Part shown: piece by piece, positions 1-10,233 of the stretch | Layout of the letters: each line of letters begins with the position of its first letter | Position numbering within the stretch: position 1 is the stretch's first letter | Assembly (NCBI GenBank): GCA_946624985.1 | Contig: CAMOSQ010000003.1 | Coordinates: forward strand, 1,255-65,254 | Source: an uncultured Bacillales bacterium | GTDB lineage: Bacteria > Bacillota_I > Bacilli_A > RF39 > UBA660 | DNA: 64,000 bases | Direction of reading: 5' to 3' | The notes under the pieces: model-generated | The model's input: only the letters and a program-made list of their open reading frames with translations | Told to the model about the DNA's origin: nothing | Database searches by the model: none | Position numbers and translations under genes: made by a program

Positions 1-159
1 TATAGAATATATTCATTTCTAATTGAATTATTTCTTATGTATTTATTTGTTGAATTAATTAATATAGATGATATGATTTCTAAAGTTATTGTTCAAATAG
101 TTGTTATTATTTTAAATTATATTTTTAGTAAATTATTTGTTTTTAAAAAAGAATCCTAA
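1..159 (+). CDS. 3' end of a GtrA-family membrane protein (partial; runs off the window start)
   Basis: Frame 1 is open from position 1 to the TAA at 157-159. The tail ...ILNYIFSKLFVFKKES matches the conserved C-terminus of GtrA-like proteins. A hairpin plus T-run follows at 152-180. Confidence 0.45.
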   Translation, partial: YRIYSFLIELFLMYLFVELINIDDMISKVIVQIVVIILNYIFSKLFVFKKES

Positions 160-215
160 TTATAGGATTTTTCTTTTGTTTTGTGCTAAAATATTTTATA
201 GTTAGGAGGGATTTT

Positions 216-2384
216 ATGTATATAAATGTTTTGGTTGAGTTAAAGGCTAAGAAGTTGGATAAAACTTTTACATATAAAGTTCCTTCTAGTTTAGTTGATA
301 ATGTTGATATAGGTAAAAGGGTTTTGGTTCCTTTTGGAAAACAAAAGTTGGAAGGTTTTATTTTATCAATTTGTGATGAATCAGATTTTTCTTATGAAAT
401 AAAGGATATTATAAGTGTTATTGATGATGTTGTTGTCATAAATAGTGAAATGATGAAATTAGGGGAGTATATTAAAAAGAAGACTTTGTGTACTTTGATT
501 AGTGCTTATCAAACTATGTTACCTAGTGCTTTAAAGGCTCATAAGGATTTTGTTGTAAAAAAGAAATATGAATCTTATCTAACTTTATGTTGTAATGATT
601 TTGAATTAAAGTCTGATAAGCAGAAAGAAATATATGAAATTCTTAAAAAAAATGAATTTGTTTTAAAGAAGAATTGTACTTCTATATCTAGTTATGTTGT
701 TAAAAGTTTCTTAGAAAAGGGGTATATTAAAGAGTTAAAAAAAGAAGTTTATCGTAATAATTTATCTGATATTAAGGAAGAGTCTAATATTGTTTTAAAT
801 GATGAACAACAAAGTGCGGTTGATCGTGTTATTTCTAGTGATGGTTTTAGAGCTTTTTTGCTGCATGGTGTTACTGGTAGTGGTAAGACTGAAGTTTATA
901 TGCATATTATTGATTATTATTTGAGTAAAGGTATGGAGGCTTTGGTTTTAGTTCCTGAAATTAGTTTGACTCCTCAAATGGTTCTTAATTTTAGAAAGAG
1001 ATTTGGTGCTAGTATTGCGATTCTTCATTCTTCTTTGTCGGATGGTGAGAAGTATGATGAGTATCGTAAGATTTTAAAAAAGGAAGTATCTATTGTTATT
1101 GGAGCTAGAAGTGCGATTTTTGCGCCTTTAACTAATATTGGTGTGATTATTATTGATGAGGAACATTCTAGTACTTATAAGCAGGATAATACTCCTAAAT
1201 ATAATGCGATTGATATTGCCATATATAGAGGAAGATATCATAACTGTCCTGTTGTTTTGGGTAGTGCGACTCCTAGTATTGAAAGTTATACCAGGGCAAT
1301 TTCTAATGTTTATGAATTAATTAGTTTGAAGCATCGTGTTAATAATAATTTACCTAAGGTTATATTGGTTGATATGATGAATGAGATTAAGAATGGAAAT
1401 AGGATTTTTTCTAATGTTTTAACTGATTCTATTAATGATAGGTTGGATAGGGGTGAGCAGGTTATTTTATTATTGAATAGGAGAGGTTTTTCTACTATTT
1501 CTAGTTGTAGTAATTGTGGATTTGTTGATAAGTGTCCTAATTGTGATATTCCACTTGTTTATCATAAGAGTTCTAATACTATGAGATGCCATTATTGTGG
1601 GTATGGAAGTAGAAAAAAATTTGAGTGTCCTGATTGTCATAATAAAAATCTTAATGATTTTGGTATGGGTACTGAAAAGTTAGAAGAATATGTTAAGTCT
1701 AATTTTAGTAAGGCTAGTGTTGTTAGAATGGATGTTGACACTACAAGTAGAAAGGGTTCACATGAGAAAATTATTAGTGATTTTCGTAATTTTAAGTATA
1801 ATGTTTTGATTGGTACTCAAATGATTGCTAAGGGACTTGATTTTCCTAAGGTAACTTTGGTTGGTGTTATAAGCGGTGATGCATCTTTAAATATTCCAGA
1901 TTTTAGAAGTGGTGAAAAAACGTTTCAACTTTTAAATCAGGTTTCAGGTAGAGCAGGTCGCGCTGATTTAACTGGATTGGTTATTATTCAAGGTTTTAAT
2001 ATGGATCATTATAGTATTGTTTGTGCAGCAAATAATGATTATTATTCTTTTTATGATGAGGAAATGAGAATTCGTAAACTCCTTGGATATCCTCCTTTTT
2101 ATAATTTGTGTTCTATTAAGGTTAAGAGTAAGTCTGAGGATGAGGCTTTTAAGGAAGGCGTAAAAATTGTTAAATATTTAAAAAGTAATTTGGATAGTTC
2201 TAATATTGTTTTGGGTCCAAGTAGTAGTAATATGATGAAGATTAATAATATTTATAATGTTCAGATTATTATTAAGTATAAAAAGACAGATGCTCTTATT
2301 GATAAGTTATTATTTATTAATAGTATGTATATTGATAATAGAAGTGTTTTTGTTGATATTGATTTAAATCCTTATAAGATATAG
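216..2384 (+). CDS. priA: Primosomal protein N' (PriA helicase)
   Basis: The ATG at 216 has the AGGAGG RBS. There is a Walker A (GVTGSGKTEVY), a DEEH box (IIIDEEHSSTYKQ) and a Cys4 zinc-binding CxxC...CxxC region. Length is about 720 aa. Confidence 0.9.
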   Translation: MYINVLVELKAKKLDKTFTYKVPSSLVDNVDIGKRVLVPFGKQKLEGFILSICDESDFSYEIKDIISVIDDVVVINSEMMKLGEYIKKKTLCTLISAYQTMLPSALKAHKDFVVKKKYESYLTLCCNDFELKSDKQKEIYEILKKNEFVLKKNCTSISSYVVKSFLEKGYIKELKKEVYRNNLSDIKEESNIVLNDEQQSAVDRVISSDGFRAFLLHGVTGSGKTEVYMHIIDYYLSKGMEALVLVPEISLTPQMVLNFRKRFGASIAILHSSLSDGEKYDEYRKILKKEVSIVIGARSAIFAPLTNIGVIIIDEEHSSTYKQDNTPKYNAIDIAIYRGRYHNCPVVLGSATPSIESYTRAISNVYELISLKHRVNNNLPKVILVDMMNEIKNGNRIFSNVLTDSINDRLDRGEQVILLLNRRGFSTISSCSNCGFVDKCPNCDIPLVYHKSSNTMRCHYCGYGSRKKFECPDCHNKNLNDFGMGTEKLEEYVKSNFSKASVVRMDVDTTSRKGSHEKIISDFRNFKYNVLIGTQMIAKGLDFPKVTLVGVISGDASLNIPDFRSGEKTFQLLNQVSGRAGRADLTGLVIIQGFNMDHYSIVCAANNDYYSFYDEEMRIRKLLGYPPFYNLCSIKVKSKSEDEAFKEGVKIVKYLKSNLDSSNIVLGPSSSNMMKINNIYNVQIIIKYKKTDALIDKLLFINSMYIDNRSVFVDIDLNPYKI

Positions 2385-2417
2385 TAAAATTATGATATAA
2401 TTATATTGGAGGTTATT

Positions 2418-4004
2418 ATGAAGAATTTTATTAGTATTATTATTACTTTTGTTATAGGTTTTATATTGTATTATTTTATGTTACCGGCATTTAATTTTCA
2501 TAGTGTTGATTTTTGGATATTTTTAATTTTAGTTCTTTTTACTTATTTTATAGTTAATTTGTTTTTTAATGTTGAAAGTATTGACTTTAAGAATTATAAG
2601 TTTTTTAGTGGTTATAAGTATTTAGGTATTATTGTTATTATTTGTATTGTTGTTATAGGAAGTATTAATTTTATTTTATCGCCTTTATTTAATTCTAAAA
2701 GTTATAGGAATAGGATTTTTGTTGATTCTTCTACTGAATTTGTTAGTGAGGTTCCATTAGTTGATTTTAATTCTTTACCTCTTTTAGATAAGGATTCTAG
2801 TCAAAAATTAGGTGATAGGGTAATGGGTCAAATGCCTGAGTTAGTTTCTCAATTTTATGTATCTGATATTTATACTCAAATTAATTATAATGGTAGTGTT
2901 GTTAGGGTTACTCCTCTTGAGTATGATGGTGTTATTAAATATTTTTCTAATAGAAAAGATGGTATAAAGGGATATATTTCTGTTGATTCTGTAAATGGTG
3001 AAGTTCATTTAGTTAAGCTTGATAAAGGGTTAAGATATATGCCTAGTTCTATGTTTAATGAAAATTTATATCGTAAGTTAAGATTTTCTTATCCTACTAA
3101 AATTTTTGGTGATGTTTCTTTTGAAATTGATGATGAGGGAATTCCGTATTTTATTGTTCCTGTTATTTCTTATAGTGGTGTTGGTCTTAAGAGAGATGTT
3201 AAGGGCGTTATTATTTTTAATCCTGTAGATGGATCTAGTAATTATTATGATTCTTTGTCTGTTCCTAAGTGGGTTGATAATGTTTATAAGGCTGATGTGA
3301 TACTTGAGCAGGTGAATGATTGGGGTAAGTATACTAAAGGTTTTTGGAATTCTATATTTGGTCAAAGAAATGTTGTAGCTACTACTGATGGGTATAATTA
3401 TATGGCTTATAATGATGATATTTATTTGTATACAGGTATAACATCTTTGGCAACTGATGAGTCTAATATTGGTTTTATTTTGACTAATATGAGAACTAAG
3501 GAAACTAAGTATTATGCTGTTCCTGGCGCTGAAGAATATTCTGCTATGGCTTCTAGTGAAGGTCAGGTACAACAAATGGGGTATGTTTCTACTTTTCCTC
3601 TTTTGATTAATTTAAATGGGAGACCTACTTATTTAATGAGTTTAAAGGATAATGCAGGTTTGGTTAAAATGTATTCTTTTGTTGATGTTGTTGATTATCA
3701 AAAGGTTGTTGTTACTGATTCTTCTTTGGGAATTCGTGAAGCAAGTCGTAATTATTTAACTAAACTTGGTTTGGATGGAGTTAATGTTGATAAGTTAATT
3801 GTAAAAAAAATAAAGATTAAGTCTATTAATTCTTATATTATTGATGGTAATTCTGTTTTCTTTATTGTTGATGAAGAGGGTAATAAGTATAGTGTTAATA
3901 TAAGTGTTAATAAGGATATTTTGCCATTTTTATCTGTTGGTGATACTGTTAGTGTTGGATATCCTGTTGTTGATGATGTTATAAAAGTAATGGAAATTAA
4001 GTAA
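2418..4004 (+). CDS. Membrane-anchored protein with a large extracytoplasmic domain; function unknown
   Basis: The ATG at 2418 follows a GGAGG RBS. Two to three N-terminal TM helices precede a roughly 430-aa soluble domain with no recognisable catalytic motif. Confidence 0.5.
   Translation: MKNFISIIITFVIGFILYYFMLPAFNFHSVDFWIFLILVLFTYFIVNLFFNVESIDFKNYKFFSGYKYLGIIVIICIVVIGSINFILSPLFNSKSYRNRIFVDSSTEFVSEVPLVDFNSLPLLDKDSSQKLGDRVMGQMPELVSQFYVSDIYTQINYNGSVVRVTPLEYDGVIKYFSNRKDGIKGYISVDSVNGEVHLVKLDKGLRYMPSSMFNENLYRKLRFSYPTKIFGDVSFEIDDEGIPYFIVPVISYSGVGLKRDVKGVIIFNPVDGSSNYYDSLSVPKWVDNVYKADVILEQVNDWGKYTKGFWNSIFGQRNVVATTDGYNYMAYNDDIYLYTGITSLATDESNIGFILTNMRTKETKYYAVPGAEEYSAMASSEGQVQQMGYVSTFPLLINLNGRPTYLMSLKDNAGLVKMYSFVDVVDYQKVVVTDSSLGIREASRNYLTKLGLDGVNVDKLIVKKIKIKSINSYIIDGNSVFFIVDEEGNKYSVNISVNKDILPFLSVGDTVSVGYPVVDDVIKVMEIK
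3078..3575 (-). other. Antisense ORF inside the 2418..4004 gene; probably not coding
   Basis: It is an N/I/R-rich, low-complexity translation lying wholly inside a better-supported gene on the other strand. Confidence 0.1.
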
Positions 4005-4072
4005 TTTTGTTACTTTTTTTCTTTTATTTTTATATATATTTTGTTATACTATTATAAATTTAAGGAGGTATT

Positions 4073-4771
4073 ATGAGGTATAATCGAGTTTTGCTTAAGT
4101 TAAGTGGTGAGTCTCTTGCTGGTTCAATGGAGAAAGGTATTGATTTTGAACGTGTTTTAGAGATTTGCGCTGAAATTAAGGAGTGTGCTGAATTAGGTAT
4201 TCAAATTGGAATTGTTGTTGGTGGTGGCAACTTTTGGAGGGGTAGAAGTAACAAGTATATGGATAGGGCAACTAGTGATTATATTGGTATGCTTGGTACT
4301 ACTATGAATGCTCTTGCTGTAGGTGATGCTTTTAAACAATTAGGTCAAGAAGTTCGTGTTCAAACAGGTGTTGAGATGAGACAGGTTGCTGAATTTTATA
4401 TTAAGGATAGAGCTGTTCGACATTTAGATAAGGGACGTGTTGTTGTATTTGGTTGTGGTACTGGAAGTCCTTTCTTTTCTACTGATACTGCTAGTGCACT
4501 TCGAGCTGCTGAAATCAATGCTGATGCTGTTTTAAAGGCAACTAATGTAGATGGTATTTATGATAAGGATCCTCGTAAGTTTGATGATGCAGTTATGATT
4601 AAGAAAACAAGTTATATTGATGTTTTGAATAAGAAACTTAATGTTATGGATAGTACTGCTACTAGTTTATGTATGGAGGAAGGCATTCCTATTATAGTTT
4701 TTAATATTAATAAAAAAGGAAATTTAAAGAAGGTTCTTTGTGGAGAAGATATCGGAACTTTTGTAAATTAG
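4073..4771 (+). CDS. pyrH: Uridylate kinase
   Basis: The N-terminus RVLLKLSGESL and the VVGGGN glycine loop are characteristic. Length is 232 aa with a good RBS. Confidence 0.95.
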   Translation: MRYNRVLLKLSGESLAGSMEKGIDFERVLEICAEIKECAELGIQIGIVVGGGNFWRGRSNKYMDRATSDYIGMLGTTMNALAVGDAFKQLGQEVRVQTGVEMRQVAEFYIKDRAVRHLDKGRVVVFGCGTGSPFFSTDTASALRAAEINADAVLKATNVDGIYDKDPRKFDDAVMIKKTSYIDVLNKKLNVMDSTATSLCMEEGIPIIVFNINKKGNLKKVLCGEDIGTFVN

Positions 4772-4821
4772 GTTAGAATTATAGATTTAAATTTTTATCG
4801 AATTTTAGTATTGTAATATAA

Positions 4822-4846
4822 AAAGCATGGTTTTTACCATGCTTAT
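4822..4846. terminator. Bidirectional rho-independent terminator between pyrH (+) and the CPBP gene (-)
   Basis: AAAGCATGG-ttttt-ACCATGCTT is a perfect inverted repeat flanked by A/T runs. Confidence 0.7.
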
Positions 4847-5772
4847 ATTGTTAATAAAATAATTTGTAGTGTTACTAGTAAGAAGTTGTGTATAAAGTGT
4901 ATTGATATTGGAACAAATATATTATCTGTTTTTGTTAGAATATATGCAAATACTATTCCTGGAGTTCCATATGGAATTATATATAAAATATCAAATATTG
5001 AATGTATATTTCCAATTACGTGTAAACCTCCAAATATTAGGCCTGATATTATAATAAATGTTGTATTATCTGTTATTATATTTCTTATACTTTGTCTAAA
5101 TACCATTTCTTCTATAAATGGTGCAATGAATGCAGCTTGTATGAATATATATAATGGATATTTTATTAATGATTCTTGTATTGATTGTTCATTTCCTGCG
5201 ATTGATCCTGTTAATTTATTAATGATTATATTTGATATTATCATTATTACAAGTGATAATATATAGTATGGTAGATAAGTTTCAAAGTATTTTTTCCAAT
5301 TTTTTTTGAATTTTTTAAAGTCTTCTTTTAGTTTTTTATTATTTATTAGTGTTATTATTGATATTATCATTATTTCAAATAGTATTAGATATATTGTTTT
5401 TGATGTTTTAGTAAGGTCATTAATGTTTATTTTTTCTAATATTAGTATTACTAGTTTTAAGAATGGTTCTAGCATATAGATAAAAATTGTTGAAATTCCT
5501 ATTATAAATGAATTTGTATATTTTTTTAGTTCTGTAATAGTATCTTTCATATGTTTTATAAAAAATGATAGTGAAACTGAAGTAGCAAATATTAGATATG
5601 TAATTGTTCCTATTTGTTTTTCTATGATATCTAAGTTGTTTATATCTACACCATATAGTTTAAAGTATGGAACTTTAAATATTATAATGAATGCATATAT
5701 TGTTAATGTTAGTATTATTAGGTATGTGTTTTTATATGTTTTGTCTATTTGCTTGTTTGTTAGTTTTTTCAT
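4843..5772 (-). CDS. CPBP-family intramembrane metalloprotease (CAAX protease / Abi family)
   Basis: It has multiple TM helices, the EExxxR motif (FIEEMVFRQ) and the FxxxH motif (FGGLHV). Confidence 0.75.
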   Translation of the reverse strand: MKKLTNKQIDKTYKNTYLIILTLTIYAFIIIFKVPYFKLYGVDINNLDIIEKQIGTITYLIFATSVSLSFFIKHMKDTITELKKYTNSFIIGISTIFIYMLEPFLKLVILILEKININDLTKTSKTIYLILFEIMIISIITLINNKKLKEDFKKFKKNWKKYFETYLPYYILSLVIMIISNIIINKLTGSIAGNEQSIQESLIKYPLYIFIQAAFIAPFIEEMVFRQSIRNIITDNTTFIIISGLIFGGLHVIGNIHSIFDILYIIPYGTPGIVFAYILTKTDNIFVPISIHFIHNFLLVTLQIILLTI

Positions 5773-5864
5773 ATTATCACCTATAATAAATTATATCACT
5801 TTTTTATGTTTTTTTTATAAAAAGATTTTTTTTTTTTTATTTTGTGATATAATATGGTTGTATT

Positions 5865-5891
5865 TCAAAAAAGAGTGGCTTAAGACCACTC
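5865..5891. promoter_or_regulatory. Perfect 7-bp palindrome in the rimP-nusA-infB leader
   Basis: AGAGTGG-cttaaga-CCACTCT lies about 25 nt upstream of the rimP RBS. It is not followed by a T-run, so it looks more like an operator or RNA structure than a terminator. Confidence 0.4.
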
Positions 5892-5913
5892 TTTAAAATT
5901 AGAGGAGGTATTT

Positions 5914-6165
5914 ATGGATAAGGCTAGTATTGTTAAGGATTTAATTGAAGATGCTATAGTTTCAAATGGTTATAAGCTTGCTGATGTTTTATATCTTAAG
6001 GAAGGAAGTACATGGTTTTTAAGGGTTATTATTGATAAAGATGGTATAATTAATGTTGATGATTGTACTTTTGTTACTAACCTTATTAATCCTATATTGG
6101 ATTCTAATGATCCAATAAGTGATAGTTATATTTTAGATGTTTGTTCTATAGAGAAGGGAGATTAA
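5914..6165 (+). CDS. rimP: Ribosome maturation factor RimP, N-terminal domain only (83 aa)
   Basis: It matches the RimP N-domain (...EGSTWFLRVIID...) and sits immediately upstream of nusA. It stops 1 nt before the nusA ATG, exactly where the SPG motif and C-terminal domain would normally follow. Confidence 0.6.
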   Translation: MDKASIVKDLIEDAIVSNGYKLADVLYLKEGSTWFLRVIIDKDGIINVDDCTFVTNLINPILDSNDPISDSYILDVCSIEKGD

Positions 6166-6166
6166 A

Positions 6167-7306
6167 ATGGATACTAAGGAATTTAAAACAGCTATTTCTG
6201 TATTGGTTAAGGAAAAAGGTATTAGTGAGGATGTTATTTATGAAGCTATGCGTCTTGCTTTAACTAGTGCATATAAAAAGAATTATCATTCTTTGAGTAA
6301 TGTTAGAATTGATATTAATGAGGATACTGGTAATGTATCGGTTTATTCTTTTAAAACTGTAGTTCCAGATAATTATGAGGAACTAGAAGAGTGGAATTTG
6401 CTTGATCAAGAGTCTACTGATGATGATGAAAAAGAACCATTTATTTTTGATGAGAGAATACATATTCCACTTACTGAAGCAAGGGCTATTGTTCCTGGAA
6501 TTGAGGTTGGTGAGACAATAGAGGAGGAAGTTACTCCTAAGGATTTTGGTAGAGTAGCTGCTGCTACTGCTAAGCAGGTTGTTATTCAAAAAATTCGTGA
6601 GGCTGAAAGAAATGGTATTGCTCTTGAATTTGGTGATAAGCAGGATGAACTTGTTAGTGGAATTGTTGAAATGGAGGATTCTCGTAATTATTATATTAAT
6701 TTAGGAAAGACTCAAGGAATTTTACCTAAGAGTGAGATTATTCCTGGTGAAACAATTAAGATGGGATCTAATTTAAAGGTTTATATTACTAAGGTTGATA
6801 ATGGGTCTAAAGGATGTACTATTCTTTTATCTCGTAGTCATTATGGATTTGTTAAGAGATTGTTTGAGTTGGAGATTCCAGAAATTAATGAGGGTATAGT
6901 TTTAGTTTATAGTGTTGCTCGTGATGCTGGAAATCGAACTAAGGTTGCTGTTTATAGTAATAATGAGAGAGTTGATGCAATTGGTTCTTGTATTGGTGAA
7001 CGTGGTATGAGAATTGCTAATATTCTTAAAGAGTTAAATGGCGAAAAAGTTGATCTTGTTTTATATGATAATGATTCTAGTAAATTTATTGAAAATGCTT
7101 TATCTCCTGCTAAAAATATTCATGTTTTTATTACTGATGAGAAGAAGAATGAGGCTTTAGTTGTAACTGATAATGATAATTTATCTTTGGCTATTGGTAA
7201 GAAGGGTTCTAATATTAAGCTTGCTGCTCGCTTAACTCATTATAAGATTGATGTTAAAACTTTTGAGCAGGCTAGTGAGATGGGAATTAATATTCATGAA
7301 GATTAA
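6167..7306 (+). CDS. nusA: Transcription termination/antitermination factor NusA
   Basis: It has the N-terminal domain, an S1 domain and KH domains (GERGMRIANI). Length is 379 aa, without an extra C-terminal acidic repeat. Confidence 0.95.
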   Translation: MDTKEFKTAISVLVKEKGISEDVIYEAMRLALTSAYKKNYHSLSNVRIDINEDTGNVSVYSFKTVVPDNYEELEEWNLLDQESTDDDEKEPFIFDERIHIPLTEARAIVPGIEVGETIEEEVTPKDFGRVAAATAKQVVIQKIREAERNGIALEFGDKQDELVSGIVEMEDSRNYYINLGKTQGILPKSEIIPGETIKMGSNLKVYITKVDNGSKGCTILLSRSHYGFVKRLFELEIPEINEGIVLVYSVARDAGNRTKVAVYSNNERVDAIGSCIGERGMRIANILKELNGEKVDLVLYDNDSSKFIENALSPAKNIHVFITDEKKNEALVVTDNDNLSLAIGKKGSNIKLAARLTHYKIDVKTFEQASEMGINIHED

Positions 7307-7556
7307 AAAAATTCCAATGAGAAGTTGTGTTGTTACTCGTGAAAAGTTACCTAAGCAGGAGCTTATTCGTGTTGTAAGAACACCTGATGGTAGTGTAATT
7401 GTTGATGTTACTGGTAAGGCTAATGGTAGAGGTGCTTATTTGAAAAAAGATTTATCTGTTTTTGAAAAGGCATATAGTAGTAAGGTATTGAATAAAATTC
7501 TTGAGGTTGATGTTCCTGATAGTGTGTTTGATGAATTAAGGGAGATATGTAAGTAG
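7296..7556 (+). CDS. ylxR: YlxR/RnpM (DUF448) RNA-binding protein
   Basis: MRSCVVTREKLPKQELIRVV is the DUF448 signature, and the gene occupies the conserved nusA-ylxR-infB position. The likely start is the ATG at 7296, which overlaps the nusA end. The ORF-track start at 7248 is an upstream extension. Confidence 0.8.
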   Translation: MKIKKIPMRSCVVTREKLPKQELIRVVRTPDGSVIVDVTGKANGRGAYLKKDLSVFEKAYSSKVLNKILEVDVPDSVFDELREICK

Positions 7557-7557
7557 T

Positions 7558-8034
7558 ATGAAAAGAGATAATTATATAACTTGGGATCAATATTTTATGG
7601 GTATTGCGCTTCTATCTAGTGAAAGAAGTAAGGATCCTAATACTTGTGTTGGAGCTTGTATTGTTAATAGTGATAATAAAATATTATCTATGGGTTATAA
7701 TGGTGCTCCTACAGGTTTATCTGATGATATTATGCCTTGGGGTAGGGATGGTGATACTATGAGTACAAAGTATGCATATGTATGTCATTCTGAATTAAAT
7801 GCTATTCTTAATTGTCCAACTAGTGTTAAAGGTAGTCGTTTATATGTTACTTTATTTCCTTGTAACGAGTGTGCTAAGGCTATTATTCAAGCAGGTATAA
7901 AGGAAGTAATTTATTTGGATGATAAGTACCATGATACGGATGGAAATCGTGTTGCGCGTATGATGTTTGATAATTGTGGTGTTACTTATAGAAAGTATGA
8001 AAAAGGTGGAAAAGATATAGTTATAAGTTTATAG
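7558..8034 (+). CDS. dCMP deaminase (CMP/dCMP deaminase zinc-binding; ComEB-like)
   Basis: It carries the HSELNAI...PCNECA zinc-binding signature. Length is 158 aa. Confidence 0.85.
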   Translation: MKRDNYITWDQYFMGIALLSSERSKDPNTCVGACIVNSDNKILSMGYNGAPTGLSDDIMPWGRDGDTMSTKYAYVCHSELNAILNCPTSVKGSRLYVTLFPCNECAKAIIQAGIKEVIYLDDKYHDTDGNRVARMMFDNCGVTYRKYEKGGKDIVISL

Positions 8035-8050
8035 AAAAGAGGTGCTTAAT

Positions 8051-10141
8051 ATGATGAGTGTACAAGAGTATGCGAGTGATGTTAATAGAACTGTTGAGTA
8101 TGTACTTAAAAAGTGTAATGAATTTGGTATTAATGTTAATAATGCTGATGATTTATTAGAAGAAGAGGATATTATTATTCTTGACAATAATTTAGATGAT
8201 GAAACTATTATTGACGAAACTGAGGAAATTGCTGCAGATATTGCTAGTAGTAAGAATATAGAGGTTAATGCTGGTAAACAAAAGTTAAAGAAGAAAAGTA
8301 ATGATAATGCTAAGAGTAAAAAAGATTTAGCTAATAAGAAAAAAGAAATGTATAAGAGTAAGGAAAAGCTTATTTCTAATACTGTTATAGATGATTCTAA
8401 ATTTGTTATATATCATGAAAATATGACTATTAGTGATCTAGCTTCTGCTATTGGTGTTAAGCCTGCAGATTTAATTAAGAAGTTATTTAATTTAGGTGTT
8501 ATGGCTACTACTAATAATAGTATAAGTTATGAGAATGCTGAATTACTTGTTATTGATTATAATAAGGAGTTAAAGCGTGAGGAAGCTACTAATGTTGCAG
8601 ATTTTGAAAATTTTGAAGTAATTGATAATGAAGAGGATTTAGTTAGTCGCCCTCCTGTAGTTACTATTATGGGGCATGTTGATCATGGTAAGACTACTTT
8701 GCTTGATACTATTAGAAAGAGTTCGGTTGCTTCTTTAGAAGCTGGTGGTATTACACAAGCTATTAGTGCTTATCAGGTTAAGTGTAATGATAAGTTAATT
8801 ACTTTTATTGATACTCCAGGACATGCTGCGTTTACTGAGATGAGGGCTCGTGGTGCTTCTATTACTGATATTATAATTATAATTGTTGCTGCTGATGATG
8901 GTGTTATGCCTCAGACTAAGGAAGTTATTGATCATGCTAAGGCTGCAGGTGTTCCTATATTGGTTGCTATAAATAAGATTGATAAACCAGGTGCTAATCC
9001 TGAACGTGTTATGACTGAACTTACTGAGTATGGTTTAACTCCAGAGGAATGGGGTGGAAATACAATAATTACTAAGATTTCTGCTTTGAATGGTACAGGT
9101 GTTGATGAGTTACTAGAGAATATTTTATTGGTTGCTGAAATGGAAAATTATAGAGCTAATCCTAATAGATATGCTATGGGTACTGTTATTGAGTCAAGAC
9201 TTGATAAGCATTTAGGTCCTGTTGTTACTGTTTTAATTCAAAATGGTACTTTAAGATTAGGTGATCCTATTGTTGTTGGTGAGTCTTATGGTAAGGTTAG
9301 AACTCTTAAGAATGATTTAAATGAGGAAATTACAAGTGCTTTACCTGGTACTCCTGTATTTATTACTGGTATTAATGAAACTCCTACTGCTGGTGATAAG
9401 TTTATGGCTTTTGAAACTGAGAAACAAGCTCGTAGTGTTGGTGAGGAAAGACGTGTTAAGGCTAAGTTACGTGATAATGCTCCTAAACAGTCTTTGTCTC
9501 TTGATGAAATATTTTCTAAGATTCAAGATGGTATTAAGGAAATTAATGTTATAGTTAAGGCTGATGTTAATGGATCTAGTGAGGCTGTTAAGAATTCATT
9601 AGAAAAAATTGATGTTGATGGAGTTCGTGTTAATGTTATAAGAAGTAGTGTAGGTGCGATTACTGAGAGTGATATAGTCCTTGCTCGCGCTACTGATGCT
9701 GTTGTTATTGGCTTTAATATTAGACCTAATAATTCTATTAAGGATTATGCAACTAGCCAAGGGGTAGAAATTAGATTATATGATATTATTTATAAGGCAG
9801 TTGAGGATATGGAGGCTGCTATGAAAGGTATGCTTGATCCTGTTTATGAGGAAAAGATTATCGGTAACGCAACTGTTAAACAATTATTTAAGTTTTCTAA
9901 GGTTGGAACTATTGCTGGATGCTTAGTAAATGATGGTATTATTAAGAGAGATTCTAAAGCAAGGGTAATTCGAGATAGTATTGTTATTTATGATGGTGAG
10001 ATAGGTTCAATTCAGAGGGAAAAGGATTCTGTTAAGGAAGTTAAAAAAGGTTTAGAGTGTGGAATTACAATTGCTAATTTTAATGATATTAAAGTTGATG
10101 ATGTAATTGAAGCTTATGAAATGGTAGAGGTAGAAAGATAA
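8051..10141 (+). CDS. infB: Translation initiation factor IF-2
   Basis: The G-domain motifs are [13 protein letters not shown] and NKID, and the C-terminal domains are conserved. The AGAGGTG RBS precedes the ATG at 8051. A GTG at 8042 is also possible. Confidence 0.95.
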   Translation: MMSVQEYASDVNRTVEYVLKKCNEFGINVNNADDLLEEEDIIILDNNLDDETIIDETEEIAADIASSKNIEVNAGKQKLKKKSNDNAKSKKDLANKKKEMYKSKEKLISNTVIDDSKFVIYHENMTISDLASAIGVKPADLIKKLFNLGVMATTNNSISYENAELLVIDYNKELKREEATNVADFENFEVIDNEEDLVSRPPVVTIMGHVDHGKTTLLDTIRKSSVASLEAGGITQAISAYQVKCNDKLITFIDTPGHAAFTEMRARGASITDIIIIIVAADDGVMPQTKEVIDHAKAAGVPILVAINKIDKPGANPERVMTELTEYGLTPEEWGGNTIITKISALNGTGVDELLENILLVAEMENYRANPNRYAMGTVIESRLDKHLGPVVTVLIQNGTLRLGDPIVVGESYGKVRTLKNDLNEEITSALPGTPVFITGINETPTAGDKFMAFETEKQARSVGEERRVKAKLRDNAPKQSLSLDEIFSKIQDGIKEINVIVKADVNGSSEAVKNSLEKIDVDGVRVNVIRSSVGAITESDIVLARATDAVVIGFNIRPNNSIKDYATSQGVEIRLYDIIYKAVEDMEAAMKGMLDPVYEEKIIGNATVKQLFKFSKVGTIAGCLVNDGIIKRDSKARVIRDSIVIYDGEIGSIQREKDSVKEVKKGLECGITIANFNDIKVDDVIEAYEMVEVER

Positions 10142-10152
10142 TTTCTATCTTT
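10126..10152 (+). terminator. Terminator after infB
   Basis: TAGAAA-gataa-TTTCTA hairpin followed by TCTTTTTTT. Confidence 0.55.
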
Positions 10153-10233
10153 TTTTGTTGATAATAATTTTAGTTTTTATATTTTATTTTTGATTAATTT
10201 GTGTTAATATATATATAAGGTAGGTGTCCATAC

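Noticed and set aside
3078-3575. 165-aa ORF on the minus strand
   Set aside because: It is antisense to a better-supported gene, and its N/I/R-rich low-complexity translation is typical of AT-rich frame noise.
4886-5266. 126-aa ORF on the plus strand inside the CPBP protease gene
   Set aside because: It overlaps the minus-strand CPBP gene, which has clear family motifs. It has no RBS or motif of its own.
7248-7295. Upstream extension of the ylxR ORF into nusA
   Set aside because: The conserved DUF448 protein begins at the internal ATG at 7296, and the extension merely re-reads the nusA 3' end.
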